Part shown: positions 48,190 through 61,590 of the stretch, piece after piece
How the letters are laid out: the number at the start of each line of letters is the position of its first letter
Position numbering within the stretch: position 1 is the stretch's first letter
Assembly (NCBI RefSeq): GCF_006345805.1
Contig: NW_021833425.1
Span: 12,719 to 76,718 of the forward strand
Origin: Octopus sinensis
Taxonomy: Eukaryota
DNA: 64,000 bases
Direction: 5' to 3'
Made by a program: the position numbers and the translations under genes
The notes under the pieces: model-generated
Database searches by the model: none
Told to the model about the DNA's origin: nothing
Seen by the model: the letters and a program-made list of their open reading frames with translations, nothing else

Positions 48190-48500
48190 TCTCTTATTAT
48201 AAAAGGCAGATTTTATCTGCCTCCCTTTGTCAGTTATAGAAATCTACAATATAGGATTTCTTCAATTACAATTTACCTAGCATTTTTAAGAGTAGAATGC
48301 ATCGGGTCATGCCAGGTCCAGTTTTTTAAATTTAAACTCCAATTAAGCAAAATTTACAGAAAACTCACATTCTGGTGTGTGTGTCAAATGTTTTTCTTAA
48401 TGTGGTTTACACCACACGCAAACGCACACACACACAAAGGGAGCGAATTGTTTCACTGACGCTATCACCCTTCTCCTCCTTTGTCTTTGCAAGTTGGCAG
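48190..48500 (+). mobile_element. Helitron-like 5' portion
   Basis: A|TCTCTTATTATAAAAGGCAG start resembles the other Helitron 5' ends in the window. Confidence 0.45.
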
Positions 48501-48507
48501 CTATTAA

Positions 48508-49162
48508 AGTGAAAACAGTGAATCCGACAGCGATTAAGAACACGAATTGGCACCTGAATGGAGTGAAAATTTAAAAACTGTTTCTTTCGGTGATTTTTCT
48601 GAAGAAACTGCACCAAGCCACAGACTTTCCCAGAAGAGTAAAGCCTTAGACTATTTCTATTTACTTTTTCGAATGAGCCTATTTGAAATCATTACAGCGG
48701 AGACGAACCGTTACGCTAAACGTAAACAAAACGAAAGAAAGGATAGTTTGTTATTTCCCACAACCTTAAATGAAATTAAGGCCTATTTTGCCATAAATAT
48801 TATTATGGGTATCAGAAAGTTACCCAGAATAACAAATTCTATCGTAAAATTTTGTTGTATACCCAATTGAATATTAGCTAATAACCCATTTTCTATAGCG
48901 ATGTTTGAACAAAATTTTAATAATTTTATATATTGTTGAATTTACCTGTATCTACCTGCAATTAGAGTCACTTTGTGACAAAAATTATAGTATAGAATTG
49001 GTTGAGGACATTTCATTAAATTATCTTCCAAAATTCACGTTAATATATTGATAAATAAAAAAGTTATTGTTGTTTAATGAAACCAGACTAAATTTATGAT
49101 TACATTAGAAAATTGAAACACATAAGGGGTGTATTTTGGTCAGAAATATAGTAACGAAAGGA
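48508..49162 (+). pseudogene. piggyBac transposase N-terminal relic with the element's right end
   Basis: Acidic SENSESDSD*EHE, then LDYFYLLF...ETNRYA...TTLNEIKAYFAINIIMGIRKLP; right end GTAACGAAAGGA followed by TTAA (49163-49166). Confidence 0.78.
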
Positions 49163-49274
49163 TTAAGAAAAACCAAAAAATATTTTATTCTTTATAAATG
49201 TTGTATTCAAAATAACATTTTCTTTTAAGAATGTGTATATAACAAAGTATGTGTATATAACTACGTGACTTATA

Positions 49275-49670
49275 TCTTTATATATAAGAGTGAAGTTGTG
49301 TGTCTGTCTCCTACGATTTAGATTCCTAACTACTCCCACATTTTGCGGTGTAGTGTAACCAAAACCGGGTATCTTATAGTCGTGAGTCATATCGAGCCCT
49401 TCTGGGTATTAGCGCGCGTCTACGATGAGTCTACAATTTAAAAAAATTTACCATCATATTTTTCCATTTTAATGCATTTTTTTCGCTATTATATAAGGGA
49501 AGTAACTCTCTAAAAATATCTACGATGTGTCAACGATTTAAAAAGAAATTTACCTTAATTTTTTTCCATTTTTAATGCATTTTTTTCCTATTTTTTGGCT
49601 ATAACTCTCTAAAAATGCTTATATAGTTATTTCCCTTACAAACCCGAGCAACGCCGGGCGATACTGCTAG
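49275..49670 (+). mobile_element. Non-autonomous Helitron
   Basis: A|TCTTTATATATAAGAG start, hairpin CCCGAGCAACGCCGGG and CTAG|T end. Confidence 0.85.
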
Positions 49671-49689
49671 TATATATATATATATATAT

Positions 49690-50960
49690 ATCAGATTTGC
49701 CGATGAGATTCATTTTGACAGATATGAAAGGTCAGGCAGACTTAAAGAAAATCGTGAAATTAATTGAATCCTTCAATTTACAAACCAGTACAATTCTTTA
49801 TGGATTCAGACCACAGCACTGCAACATTCTCAGACATACATGAAGAAATAAGGAGCAAAACATATAACCCCTCAGTGTACACACACACACAACAACAACG
49901 CCTGCCTCAAAAACAAATGCTTATGCATTCACAGAACTATCCCACTATCACATAGATATAAAATGTCTGTGGTCAGATTCCTTCCAAGACAAGCTCTTAC
50001 ATTTAAATCCATTGGAGAAACTTTAGTTATGGAAACCTGAAGGGTGTATTAAACATTTGCTAATTATGAGTATCTGAATAGATTAGTTGATTCTACCATA
50101 CAACAATACAAGAACAAATTCTCTGCAATAATAGGCAGAGGTACAGCTGTGTGTTAAGAAGTTTGCTTCCTAAGCTCATGGTTTCTGGGTTCAGTCCCAC
50201 TGTGTGGCACCTTGGGCAAGTGTCTTCTATTATAGCCTCAGGCCAACTAAAGCCTTGTGAGTGGATTTGATAAATGGAAATCAAAAGATGCCTGTTTATA
50301 TATTTATATATATATATATCGTCAGTGAATCATAAATCCAAGGAAGAAGTACACTCTAAGTTATAGAGTAGTAGCATATGTATATAGATAAAAATAGACA
50401 TAGCCAGTCTATGGGGTTACCCTGGGTGTCATCTCCATAAAGTGCTCCGCTTTACAGCATTTCTTCAGACTCTAGGCCTATGGCCTCTCTAGCAAGTCTA
50501 TATATATGTCTGTGTGTGTGTCTTAGTGTTTGTTCCTCCCCACTGCTTGACAACTGGTGTTGGTGTGTTTGCAACCTTGTGATTTATCAGTTTGGCAAAA
50601 GAGACCAGGCGTTAAAAAATAGTAAGTACTGGGGTCTATTTAACTAAAAATTCTTCAAGGTGCTGCCCCAGTTAGAGATAAATGATACAACACCCAATAG
50701 AAATAGACAAAAACTACACTTATATAAACCAAATGCTGTTAAAGAATGGATGAATATGTTCTTAGAGAACAATTCGTAAAACGAAATACAGCTTGTTTCT
50801 CACATCCAACTGCAAACACATTGAATATATTATAAACACATCAGACTGGAAAAGCCTTCTCATTAGCATGAAACCACAAACTTGCAAACCACTGAACAAA
50901 CATCAGGCAACCAATGTAATATACAAGTTTCAGTGACAGCATGAAAGTTGTAAACTTCAA
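49690..50960 (+). pseudogene. Second Penelope-like relic (RT C-terminus to GIY-YIG start), interrupted by SINEs
   Basis: RFADEI, PSVYT, YKMSVVR, NYEYLNRLVDSTI and ATNVIYKFQ*..SC resemble PLE palm/thumb and pre-GIY-YIG motifs; heavily decayed. Confidence 0.45.
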
Positions 50961-51781
50961 GACTGACTCTGACCATTGTTATGGCAGATACACAAATATG
51001 GCACTTTCTTATCAGTTGACCATGCAGTTACGACAAAGAGCCATCATTTTGTTGTTGTTGGCATCCTTTTTGTTTCGGGAGACAATGGAGTTGCGCATAA
51101 AATATTTTTTCTTTCTCTTCTCCTATCTTACGCCAATCTGAATGGACTTATCACTCGTGACTGCTACCTCCCGTGTTTTTTCTGCCACTTTTTGCAGCAG
51201 CACTGAAGTGTCCTCTCCAGTTTTGCACAGGCGTGGGCTAGAAATAAGAAAATCCTGGGTAGCCCAATCATCAGGATTCCCCTCTCGACCTTGCTGATGT
51301 AGTCCAAAGGAATGCAGAGCATTACGTTTGGCACCAGCTTGGTTGCAGGAGCTGCCAGAAGAGTGTCGAGTCGAACACTCAACCGCCTTTGGGGCTCCAC
51401 TCTGGATTTCTTTGAAGGTTGTCTCCTTTCCGTAGCCCTGGATAGGGGCCCATACCAGGTACTGTCAGTCGGAGCCAGCTGAGCCCGGGACTTGTGTCAG
51501 GCAGGGTCGTCACTCCCTGAAGTAGTGAAGAAGTTAGATTATAATAAAGGTGGCGAGCTGGTAGAATCGTTAGCACACCGGGCAAAATGCTTAGTGGCAT
51601 TTCGTCTGTCTTTACATTCTGAGTTCAAATTTTGCTGAGGTCAAGTTTGCCTTTCGTCCTTTCAGTGTTGATAGAATAAGCACCAGTTGAGTTTTGGGGC
51701 TGTTGCAATCAGCTAACCCCTCCCCTGAACTCGTTGTCCTTGCACCCAAATTTGAAATCAATATAGATTGGGTGTTGTATC

Positions 51782-52045
51782 GCTTAGGAAGCAAACTTCT
51801 TAACACACAGCTGCACCTCTACCTATTATTGCAGAGAATTTGTTCTTGTATTGTTGTATGGTAGAATCAACTAATCTATTCAGATACTCATAATTAGCAA
51901 ATGTTTAATACACCCTTCAGGTTTCCATAACTAAAGTTTCTCCAATGGATTTAAATGTAAGAGTTTGTCTTGGAAGGAATCTGACCACAGACATTTTATA
52001 TCTATGCGATAGTGGGATAGTTCTGTGAATGCATAAGCATTTGTT
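51782..52045 (-). repeat. 264-bp inverted duplicate of 49912-50175
   Basis: Near-identical reverse complement with a handful of substitutions. Confidence 0.9.
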
Positions 52046-53099
52046 CAAATGAAACTAGAACAAATTTCTTGATGGGGGTACCTGATAAGCCACCAATACC
52101 TAGATACAGCTCAGTCAGCAACTTGAATGGGCCATGATGCCACAAAACTCAACTTAAAAATGATTTAGTAGATCCTCTCATGTGGTGCTATTAAGTTAAA
52201 CATGGCCTGGGCCAATCTTTGGCTGAAACATACCTAAAGTATATAAACTAGATAGAAAAGAATGTTGATAGCATTATTACTGTCCTCATCATCAACAATT
52301 AATGTCTGTTTTTTTTCCATGCTGGCATGGGTTGGACAGTTTGACAGGACCCATAAGGCAGCGACCTGGTAGAACCGTTAGCATGCCGGGCGAAATTTGT
52401 AGCCGTATTTCGTCTGCCGTTACGTTCATATCTTTTATGTTCTCCAATGTCATTGACTGTTCAATACATCAAGTTGTTCCTGAAAAAAGGAGACATATAA
52501 TATTGTCAAGTTCAGCTCAAAAACTCTGTGTATAGACACTTACATACAGTGACAGACAGATAGACAGAAGGCAGCGAGCTGGCAGAAACGTTAGCATGCC
52601 AGGCGAAATTCATAGCCGTATTTCGTCTGCCGTTACATTCTGAGTTCAAATTCCGCCGAGGTTGGCTTTGCCTTTCATCCTTTCGGGGTCGATTAAATAA
52701 GTACCAGTTAAGCACTGGGGTCGATGTAATCGACTTAATCTGTTTGTCTGTCCTTGTTTGTCCTCTTTGTGTTTAGCCCCTTGTGGGTAGTAAAGAAATA
52801 GGTTTGACAGGACCCAGCAAACTACAGGCTTACATTGTGCTCAACATCAGCTTTGCTATGGTTTCTACAGCTGGACAGCCTTCATGGAGCCAACCACCTT
52901 ATACTGTGCCCTGTTGGCTTTTTTTTTTTTTTTGTGCCACTGATACAAATGAAGTTGCTAAGTAACTTGCAAGCAGGAAAAGAATAGAGAAAGTGAAAGT
53001 TAAAAAAGAAAACGTTTTCAGCTAAGTGGGAGGAGTATTTGAAGAAGGAGAGGTGGCATTATGCCAAGTTTTGGTGAAGGTTTAATGTATGATATGGAG

Positions 53100-53807
53100 C
53101 AGTGTTTCACAACCGGGCTCCTTAGAAAATTTTGTTGTTAAATTCTATGTGCAATAAATTGGTTATATTTCTACAACACACAAAATATATTCACAATTAT
53201 TTTTTTTACATTACCCAATAATATTTAATTACTAGCAGTATCGCCCGGCATTGCTCAGGTTTGTTTTGACCCTTTAGAATTGGAATTTTTGAAAAGTAAA
53301 AATTTTGCATTATGTGGCTTAAATGATGAGGGTGATGATTATGATATCTATCTATCTATCTTTCTTTCCTTCCTTCCTTCCTTCCTTCCTTCCTTCCTTC
53401 TTTCCTTCCTTCTTTAAGTGAACATTTTAAGTGAACGTTTTCCTGGTCACCGAAAAATGGTGACACAGCAGTCAAAAATCATAGGGATTTTCATAGAAAA
53501 AAAAAGCACCTTTTTCATGTAAATAATTTTTGGTGTTAACATGGTCCGATTTAAATTTTATCTTCTATGGAATGAAGAGCAAGCCTTCTTCTATCATACT
53601 CTCAATTTTGGTCAACTTGCACTGCAGGGTCTCGGAGGAGATAGTGTTAGATGAAGGCTACCAAACTTGCCATACAGACAACTTCAGCTTTATATATATA
53701 GAGATAAAAATATAGTATTTTGTAAACATTGAATGGTTATGAGGGTCCATCTGAGTAAAATAGAAATCAAAGGGGTCCTTGGGGTAAAAATTGGTTGAGA
53801 ACCACTG
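53100..53807. mobile_element. hAT-type MITE interrupted by a Helitron
   Basis: TIRs CAGTGTTTCACAACC / GGTTGAGAACCACTG; 8-bp TSD ATAT(G/A)GAG. Confidence 0.8.
53232..53704 (-). mobile_element. Non-autonomous Helitron carrying a ~95-bp foreign insert
   Basis: Reverse copy of the 16507 family; TC...CTAG ends inserted between A and T. Confidence 0.8.
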
Positions 53808-55564
53808 ATATAGAGGAACAAGCATGGGTGTCTTGCTTGAGTGAAGATGCATAGGCCACCCTGAACTATACAAGGGTTGGTAGGGGTGGCTAGGAATAAT
53901 AATAAGGTGATAGTTATGGGGTGCCACAGCAAACCCTCAAGAAGCAAGAGAGGATACATGCAGTGGATCAGAAGTGGGGCAGAAGGAGTGGCGTTGGGGG
54001 GTTATAAATAAGCTATTGAAGCTTTATTGATTCATCATCATCATCATTGTTTAACGTCCGCTTTCCATGCTAGCATGGGTTGGACGATTTTGACTGAGGG
54101 CCGGCGAACCAGATGGTTGCATCAGGCTCCAATCTTGATTTGGCAGAGTTTCTACAGCCGGATGCCCTTCCTAACGCCAACTACTCTGATAGTGTAGTAG
54201 GTGCTTTTTACGTGACCTAGATATGGCGTGCATGAAATAAACAATGAGAACTGCTAGGAGTTGACTGCTAAGTATGTTTATTTCAGACGATGATGATTTT
54301 TTATTGATTATGATGTTGTTTCCATGATACTTTGCTGCTTATTGCATAACACGCTAAGATGACACCAATATCATCACTTCATTCATCAGATATGGCTGAG
54401 AAAGTCTTAAGATGTTAATGGACTTCAGAAGGTCATTGTATCAAGTTAGGCAAAAATGTTAAAAGTCTTCTATAATAATAAACACAGAATTCGGTCTGTG
54501 CGTCACCTCTGTATCTCAGTCTACGTTTGCTCTACATAGACATATAACTTTTTGGAATCGGGATTCTAGATGTTTTTGAACATCTAGAATTGGGATCCAA
54601 TTTAAAAGCATCTGAGTTGCTATTTCTAGCTAGTAAAACTTGGCTGATTCACACCATCTTGGTTGGTGTTTGTCAGACGACATCAAGACGCATGGTGGGT
54701 TACTGTGTTTGGGAAAACATGTGTAAATAAGTAAAATTGTGGTTGCCCTTGCATACAGGCTTGCCCCTGAATCCCTCTCCAGCTGAGCGTTCCTAATCTT
54801 TGGATCCTGTGGGTGCTGGTGCCACATAAAAAGCACCTATACAGGTTCCACATAAAAGTACCCATGCCAGTTCTGTGTAGAAGTGCCTAGTACACTCTGT
54901 AAAGTGGTTGGCATTAGGAAGAGCACTCCGCCTTAGAAACCAAGTTCCAAGGCTACATGCCAAAGCAGACATGTAGCCCAAGCAGCTCCTCAGGTGGCCA
55001 ATTCCTGTCAAACTGTCCAACCATGCCAGCATGGAATATGGACATTAAATGATGAGGGTGATGATGATGATATCTATCTTTCCTTTCTTCTCTCCTTCCT
55101 TCCTTCTTTCCTTCCTTCCTTCCCTCTTTCTTTCTTCCATTCTTTCTCTCTCTCTTTCTCTCTTTCTTACCTTCCTTTCTTCTTTCTTCCTTTCTTTCTC
55201 CCTTTCTTTCTCTCTTTCCTTCTCTCTTTCTTTCTTTCTCTCTCTATTTCTTTCTTTCTTTCTTTCTTTCTTTCTTGTTTTTAATCCGAACTACCAGAGG
55301 AATAGAAGGAATGAAATTGAAAAATTCACAGATAATTTATAAGAATTAACTAGAATTTAATTATACTTTAAAATATGGCGACACACTTCATCAGTTTAAT
55401 ATTGGATTTTCAAAAATGTATAGTGCATGGGATGTGTGTTGCAAATTATCTGATGTGAAACCAGTCAAGTGTGTCCCTATATTTCAAAATATAATTAATT
55501 TCTAATTAATTCTAAAATATTCTCTGTGCATTTTTGACTTCATGTCTTCTATTCCGCCACTTGT

Positions 55565-55662
55565 TTGAATATATACATGCATACATACATACATACACAT
55601 ATATATAGATATATATATATATATATATATATGAACACACACATATATATGTATATGCACAT

Positions 55663-55696
<34 letters not shown>

Positions 55697-55699
55697 GTG

Positions 55700-55738
<39 letters not shown>

Positions 55739-55885
55739 GAAATGAGGTACTCAGAAAATCGGATGGTTTTATATTTACAGATATTTATTTGTATATTACA
55801 TGTTTTTTATACATCTATAACTTCGATCATGTATTAGCACTTTCTCCCATTCTAGTGGGGTTTTCAAATCAAACATATACATGCG

Positions 55886-55916
<31 letters not shown>

Positions 55917-55918
55917 GC

Positions 55919-55985
<67 letters not shown>

Positions 55986-56025
55986 CATATATGTGTATAT
56001 ATATATATATATATATGTGTATATA

Positions 56026-56056
<31 letters not shown>

Positions 56057-56244
56057 CATATATGTGTATATATATATATATATATATACATATATGTGTA
56101 TTATTATATATATATATATATACATATATGTGTAATATATATATATATACATATATGTGTATATATATATATTATACATATATGTGTATATTATATATAT
56201 ATATATTATACATATATGTGTATATATATATTATAATATATACA

Positions 56245-56275
<31 letters not shown>

Positions 56276-56316
56276 TATACCATATGTGTATATATATATA
56301 TATATACATATATGTG

Positions 56317-56397
<81 letters not shown>

Positions 56398-56430
56398 TTG
56401 TTTATATATATATATAATATATATATACAT

Positions 56431-56487
<57 letters not shown>

Positions 56488-56545
56488 ATATATATATACA
56501 TATATGTGTATATATAATATATATATATTTATATATATATATGCA
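55565..56545. repeat. Long (TA)n-rich microsatellite block
   Basis: Directly visible; source of the YI-repeat ORFs up to 242 aa. Confidence 0.95.
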
Positions 56546-56740
56546 CGAAGACACTCGTTACAGGCATATAAGCAGTTTTAACACAGGTTCAGGATACACA
56601 AACAATCAAATGTATACTTATGTTGATCGTCACATACAAAAGGTCTACACACATAGGCACTCCTATACAAATCTAACCACGCACACTAACATATACATAC
56701 ATAAACACACATATACACCAGTATAAACACATGCATATAC

Positions 56741-56771
<31 letters not shown>

Positions 56772-57009
56772 TACTTACACATGTGTGTGCTCACATTTGT
56801 GTAAGCACTCCCAGGCACACTCTAGAAATATGTACACACACACACACTGACATTTGTGTTTCATGTGCGTATGTATATACAAACAATATATTTGTTTTTG
56901 ATTTGTTTGGGCTTTTGTGGCTAAAACCAATAGCATATGATAATTATACTATTGTATATGTCTGTAGAACTTAAAAACACACATATTGTGTTTATGTGTC
57001 TAAAGATAC

Positions 57010-57045
<36 letters not shown>

Positions 57046-57097
57046 CGTTAGCGATTTTTTTTCCTCTGTCTTTCCCTCTCTGGATCTTTCCTTCCAC

Positions 57098-57132
57098 GTT
57101 TCCGACGAAGAGCTCTGCTCGAAACGTTAAAC
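57098..57132 (+). ncRNA. Minimal hammerhead-like motif (family 5)
   Basis: GUUU CCGACGA A GAGC UCU GCUC GAAA CG UU^AAAC; all stems pair, core has C at U4. Confidence 0.55.
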
Positions 57133-57222
57133 CCTCCTTCTTTCCTGAGCATCTAATAATACTATATTTGTTCCACGTCCTCGCGTTGTTGTATTTTTTT
57201 GTGCTTTCATGTTTGGATTAAC

Positions 57223-57259
<37 letters not shown>

Positions 57260-57637
57260 GCATATATATACGTATATGTACATACTTACATCTATACATA
57301 TATATATATATATATGCATATATGTGTGTGTGTATACATATATATATATATATACATACATATACACACACATTGTCTATCCATTCCCCGTCTTTTTCTT
57401 TATATATTTATATACATGAGTGTGTATGTGGGTGTGTTTATGTACATAGACAATTGCATGTGTGTGTGTTTCTTTGTGTTTCATTCATATTGTGTCTAAG
57501 TACGTCCTAACATATTAGCAGATTCACCAATACTCCCCACCACCACCACCATATCTGTGTATTGACAGAACTGCACATTGTTAATTACATACACATACTT
57601 AATTATATACAATAAACCCTACAAGTGTGTCACTGTA

Positions 57638-57855
57638 TGTGGGTGGGTGCTGAAAAGTTTTTGGCTTTGAGTAAAAGAAAATACAGAGGATCAGTTAATT
57701 ATGATTTTGCTCAGCCTACTCCTCTCTCGAATTCATACACTTATTGCAGCAGTCCTTCAGTTTTTCCAAGCCCTGTAAAAGAACTTGGAAGGTTGGGCCT
57801 CCAAGCTGGCCTTTTGTGATATCCTTAAAAGTGGGAACTTTTTAGCAGCCCCTCG
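57638..57855. mobile_element. mariner-derived MITE
   Basis: Degenerate TIRs (..GCTGAAAAGTT / AACTTTTTAGCAGCCCCTCG) with TA on both sides. Confidence 0.65.
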
Positions 57856-59160
57856 TATATGATCAAAACTTTCTAAACACAATATCTGTCTTGTATATCA
57901 GGGACTCTATCCTCTAATGCAGTGGTTCCCAAACTTTTTCAGGCCTCAAGCTGACCAAAACCTTGTGATTGAATTTGGTAGACAGAAACTGAAAGAAGCC
58001 TGTTCTGTATATATATATATATAGATATATACATACAGTATATACAATTTGCTTCCCAACCACATGGTTCCATGTCCAATCCCACTGTGTGGTAGCTTGG
58101 GCAAGTGTCTTCTACCATAACCTCAGGCTGATAAAAGCCATGTGAATGAATTTGGTAGATGAAAACTGAAAGAAGCCTGTCATGTGTGTGTTTGTCCCTC
58201 CTCCAAGGTTTGACAACCGTTGTTGGCTTGTTTACATCCCTGTAACTTAGCAGTTCAACAACAGGTACCAATCGGATAAGTACTAGGCTTAAGAAAAGAA
58301 AAATGTGCTGGGATCGATTCGTTGAACTAAGAACTCCTGAAGGAGGTGCCCCAACATGGCCACAGTCTGATTACCGAAACAAATGAAAATAAAAGATATA
58401 TCTATGCTTCTGTATGTACATATTGTCATTATCTCATCCTCTTCTATCAATGTGTATGCTCCTTGCCGGCATCAGTTGTGCAACTTAGGAAGATCTGACA
58501 GGTTCAGGGACTGTACTTGGCTCCAATGTCTACTTGGATATGGTTTCTTATTTCTTTATTGCCCACAAGGGGCTAAACGTAGAGGGGACAAACAAGGACA
58601 GACAAACGGATTAAGTCGATTACATTGACTCCAGTGCGTAACTAGTACTTTATTTATTGAACTCAAAAGGATGAAAGATAAAGTCAACCTCGGCGGATTT
58701 TGAACTCAGAACGTAGCGGCAGATGAAATACCGCTAAGCATTTAGCCTGGTGTTCTAACGTTTCTGCCAGCTCGCCGCCTTCTAATACGTAAATATTAAT
58801 GACCTGCTGGGACACGTATTTCATTAAGCAACAATGATATACTACAAAATACATAAAAATGAGCAAAGTAGCTAGTTATAAGATCCCATGGAGAGATAGG
58901 ATGAAAGGTAAAGTCAACCTCGGTGGAATTTGAACTCAGAACGTAACGGCAGAGGAAATATCGCTAAGCATTTCACCCGACACGCTAACGTTTCTGCCAG
59001 CTCGCCGCCTTAATATGGATATGGTTTTTACAGCTGGATGCCCTTCATAACATGAATCACTTTGCAAAATGTATTGGGTGCTTTTTTTGTAGCACTAGTC
59101 TCAATAATATCACCATGTAGTTCACAAGACTAAGATCTTCTCTGATTGAGCTGTGGCTTT

Positions 59161-59934
59161 GGATTAACCATTAAGCAAAATAAGCATATGCTTAGGGCAT
59201 CAAGGGAAGGAGGGGAGCACCACGGAAATGGTAAATGGCTTACGGCACAAAAGAAATCACTTTAGATCTGCTAAAATAATATCCAGGATGCCTTATCTCT
59301 ACTAAATATAGAAACAGACATGTTGTGTAAGATTAATTTTGAGGATCTGATCAAAGACTTTACAATTAAAGAATATAGGAGAAAAACTTTTCAAATATAA
59401 AGAAAGTGGAAGTATACAAGGATAAACTTTTTTTTTTCTTTCTTGCTGTTAGTTTTGATTCCTTTTTGAAAAATAAAGATTTATTTTATGATTTATTAGC
59501 GTTTATATTTTGAATTGCATATATAGAAGCAGATGTGTTATATAAGATTAATTTTGAGGATCTGATCAAAAACTTTGCAATTAAAAAAGTTGGGAAAATC
59601 TTTTCAAATAAATAAATAAAAATAAAAATAAAATTTAAAAATAAATAAATAAAAATAAAATAAATAAAAACAAATAAATAAATAGAAATAAAAATAAATA
59701 AATAAATATCATTTCAAATAAATAAATAAATAAAAATAAATAAATAAAAATCTTTTCAAATAAAGTCGAAGTATACAAAAATAAACATTCTCCATTTTGC
59801 TGTTATTTCATTTCATTTTGAAAACAAACATTTATTTTACGGTTTATTATTGTTTATATTTTGAATTACATATATATGGGGTCACCAGAATCTTTTAAGT
59901 TCTTAGTGTGTCTATGGGTTTTAATCTGGCCCTG
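59161..59934 (+). mobile_element. Internally deleted hAT element with a duplicated transposase C-terminus
   Basis: DALSLLNIETDMLCKINFEDLIKDFTIKEYRRK (hAT dimerisation-domain-like) at about 59287-59400, repeated near 59535-59610; right end TTAATCTGGCCCTG. Confidence 0.75.
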
Positions 59935-60157
59935 CTGAGTTGTCTGCATTAGAGAGGCAGACAGCCTTATCCTTGGCGATGAGAGGTTAAGTATGAAAGA
60001 AGAATGAGGAACAGGTTTCTTGCTGTGGCGTCTTACATTATAGAAGAGGTGGGTGGGAATATTCAGGAAAGAGCTGGAAAGACAGATAACATAATGATTA
60101 GTTGTAAAGGTGAACCCTCAAGGAATATATATAATACAAAATGAATGTATGTATGTA

Positions 60158-60552
60158 CTAACAGTATCGCCCGGCATTGCTCAGGTTTGTTTCGACCCTT
60201 TAGAATTGGAATTTTTGAAAAGTAAAAATTTTGCATTATGTAGCTTGTTATTCTCTTTAAGTGAACATTTTTCTGGTTGAAATACACCGAAAAATGGCGA
60301 CACAGCAGTCAAAAAGTTGTAAAAAATAGGTATTTTCGTGAAAAAAAAAGCACCTTTTTGATGTAAATAATTTTTGGTGTTAACATGGTCCGATTTGAAT
60401 TTTATCTTCTATGGAATGAAGAGCAAGCCTTCTTCTATCATACTCTCAATTTTGGTCAACTTGCACTGCAGGGTCTCGGAGGAGATAGTGTTAGTTGAAG
60501 GCTACCAAACCTGCCATACACAGAAAACTTCAGCTTTAAACATATATGGAGA
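60158..60552 (-). mobile_element. Non-autonomous Helitron
   Basis: Reverse copy of the 16507 family. Confidence 0.8.
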
Positions 60553-61179
60553 TGTATGTATACATATTTATGTGTATGTATGTATATATAATACATATTT
60601 TTTTATGCCTATATATATATATATGTAAGTATATGTATGTGTGTACGGAGGTGGGTATTTCTTGGTGTTGGCATGGCCGCATGGTAAAAAGTCTGTTTCC
60701 CAACCATATGGTTCTGGGTTCATTTTGACTATGTGGCACCTTGGAAAAGTGTTTTCTACTATTTCCCTAGGCCAACTAAACTCTTTTGAGTAGATTTCAT
60801 AGATGGAAACTGAAAGAATCCCATACACATGTATATAACTATGTTTGGCTTCAACCACCACCACCACCACCACCATCACCACTTGACAACAGGTGGTGTC
60901 AACCACACAGTCCCACTGTGTGACACTTTGGGCAAGTGTCTTCTACTATAGCCTAGGACTGATCAAAGCCTTGTGAGTATATTTGGTAGAGAGAAACTGA
61001 AAGAAGCCTGTCGCGCGTGTGTGAGCACGTGCGCACGTTTTTCTCCCACTACCACTTGACAGCCAGTGTTGGTGTGTTTGCATCTCTGTAGCTTAGCGGT
61101 CCAGTAAAAGAGACCAATAGAGTAAGTGCCTGGCTTAAAATTGAAATCCTGGCCTTGAAGTCATTCGATTAAAAATTCG

Positions 61180-61590
61180 GGATCTTTTTGGTTTGAATGG
61201 CAGTTTTTTCTAGCGGTGTCATCTGAAATTGTCACCCATAATTATGACCCTAGTATCAATCTATTGCATTTTGATCTGTTTTAGGGGTTGGGGGAAGGGT
61301 ATCTTTTTTTCTTCACAAATGTAAATAAACCCAATCTGTTTCTTAAACAAGGGACATATTCATACGGCACAGAATGTTTTTTTTTACCTCAATGGACGTC
61401 ATTGATTGGTTGAAATTGCAGAAATTGAAGAAAAAAACCCAACAAATATCTTACAAACTATAGAATTTTCTCAATAAAGCCAAGAGAAAAAGATGTTTTA
61501 TAAACACATTCTACCAGTATACGAAGTTTAAAAGTGTTTAGTTACGTGGAAATTATTTTAAAAAACTGCCGGTCTAAACCAAAAGGATCC
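61180..61590 (+). mobile_element. GGATC-TIR MITE, second copy
   Basis: Collinear with 31143-31550; flanks AAAATTCG / AAAATTTG. Confidence 0.8.

Noticed and set aside
51130-51530. GC-richer segment resembling a LINE 5' UTR
   Set aside because: No adjacent ORF or second copy in the window to support a call
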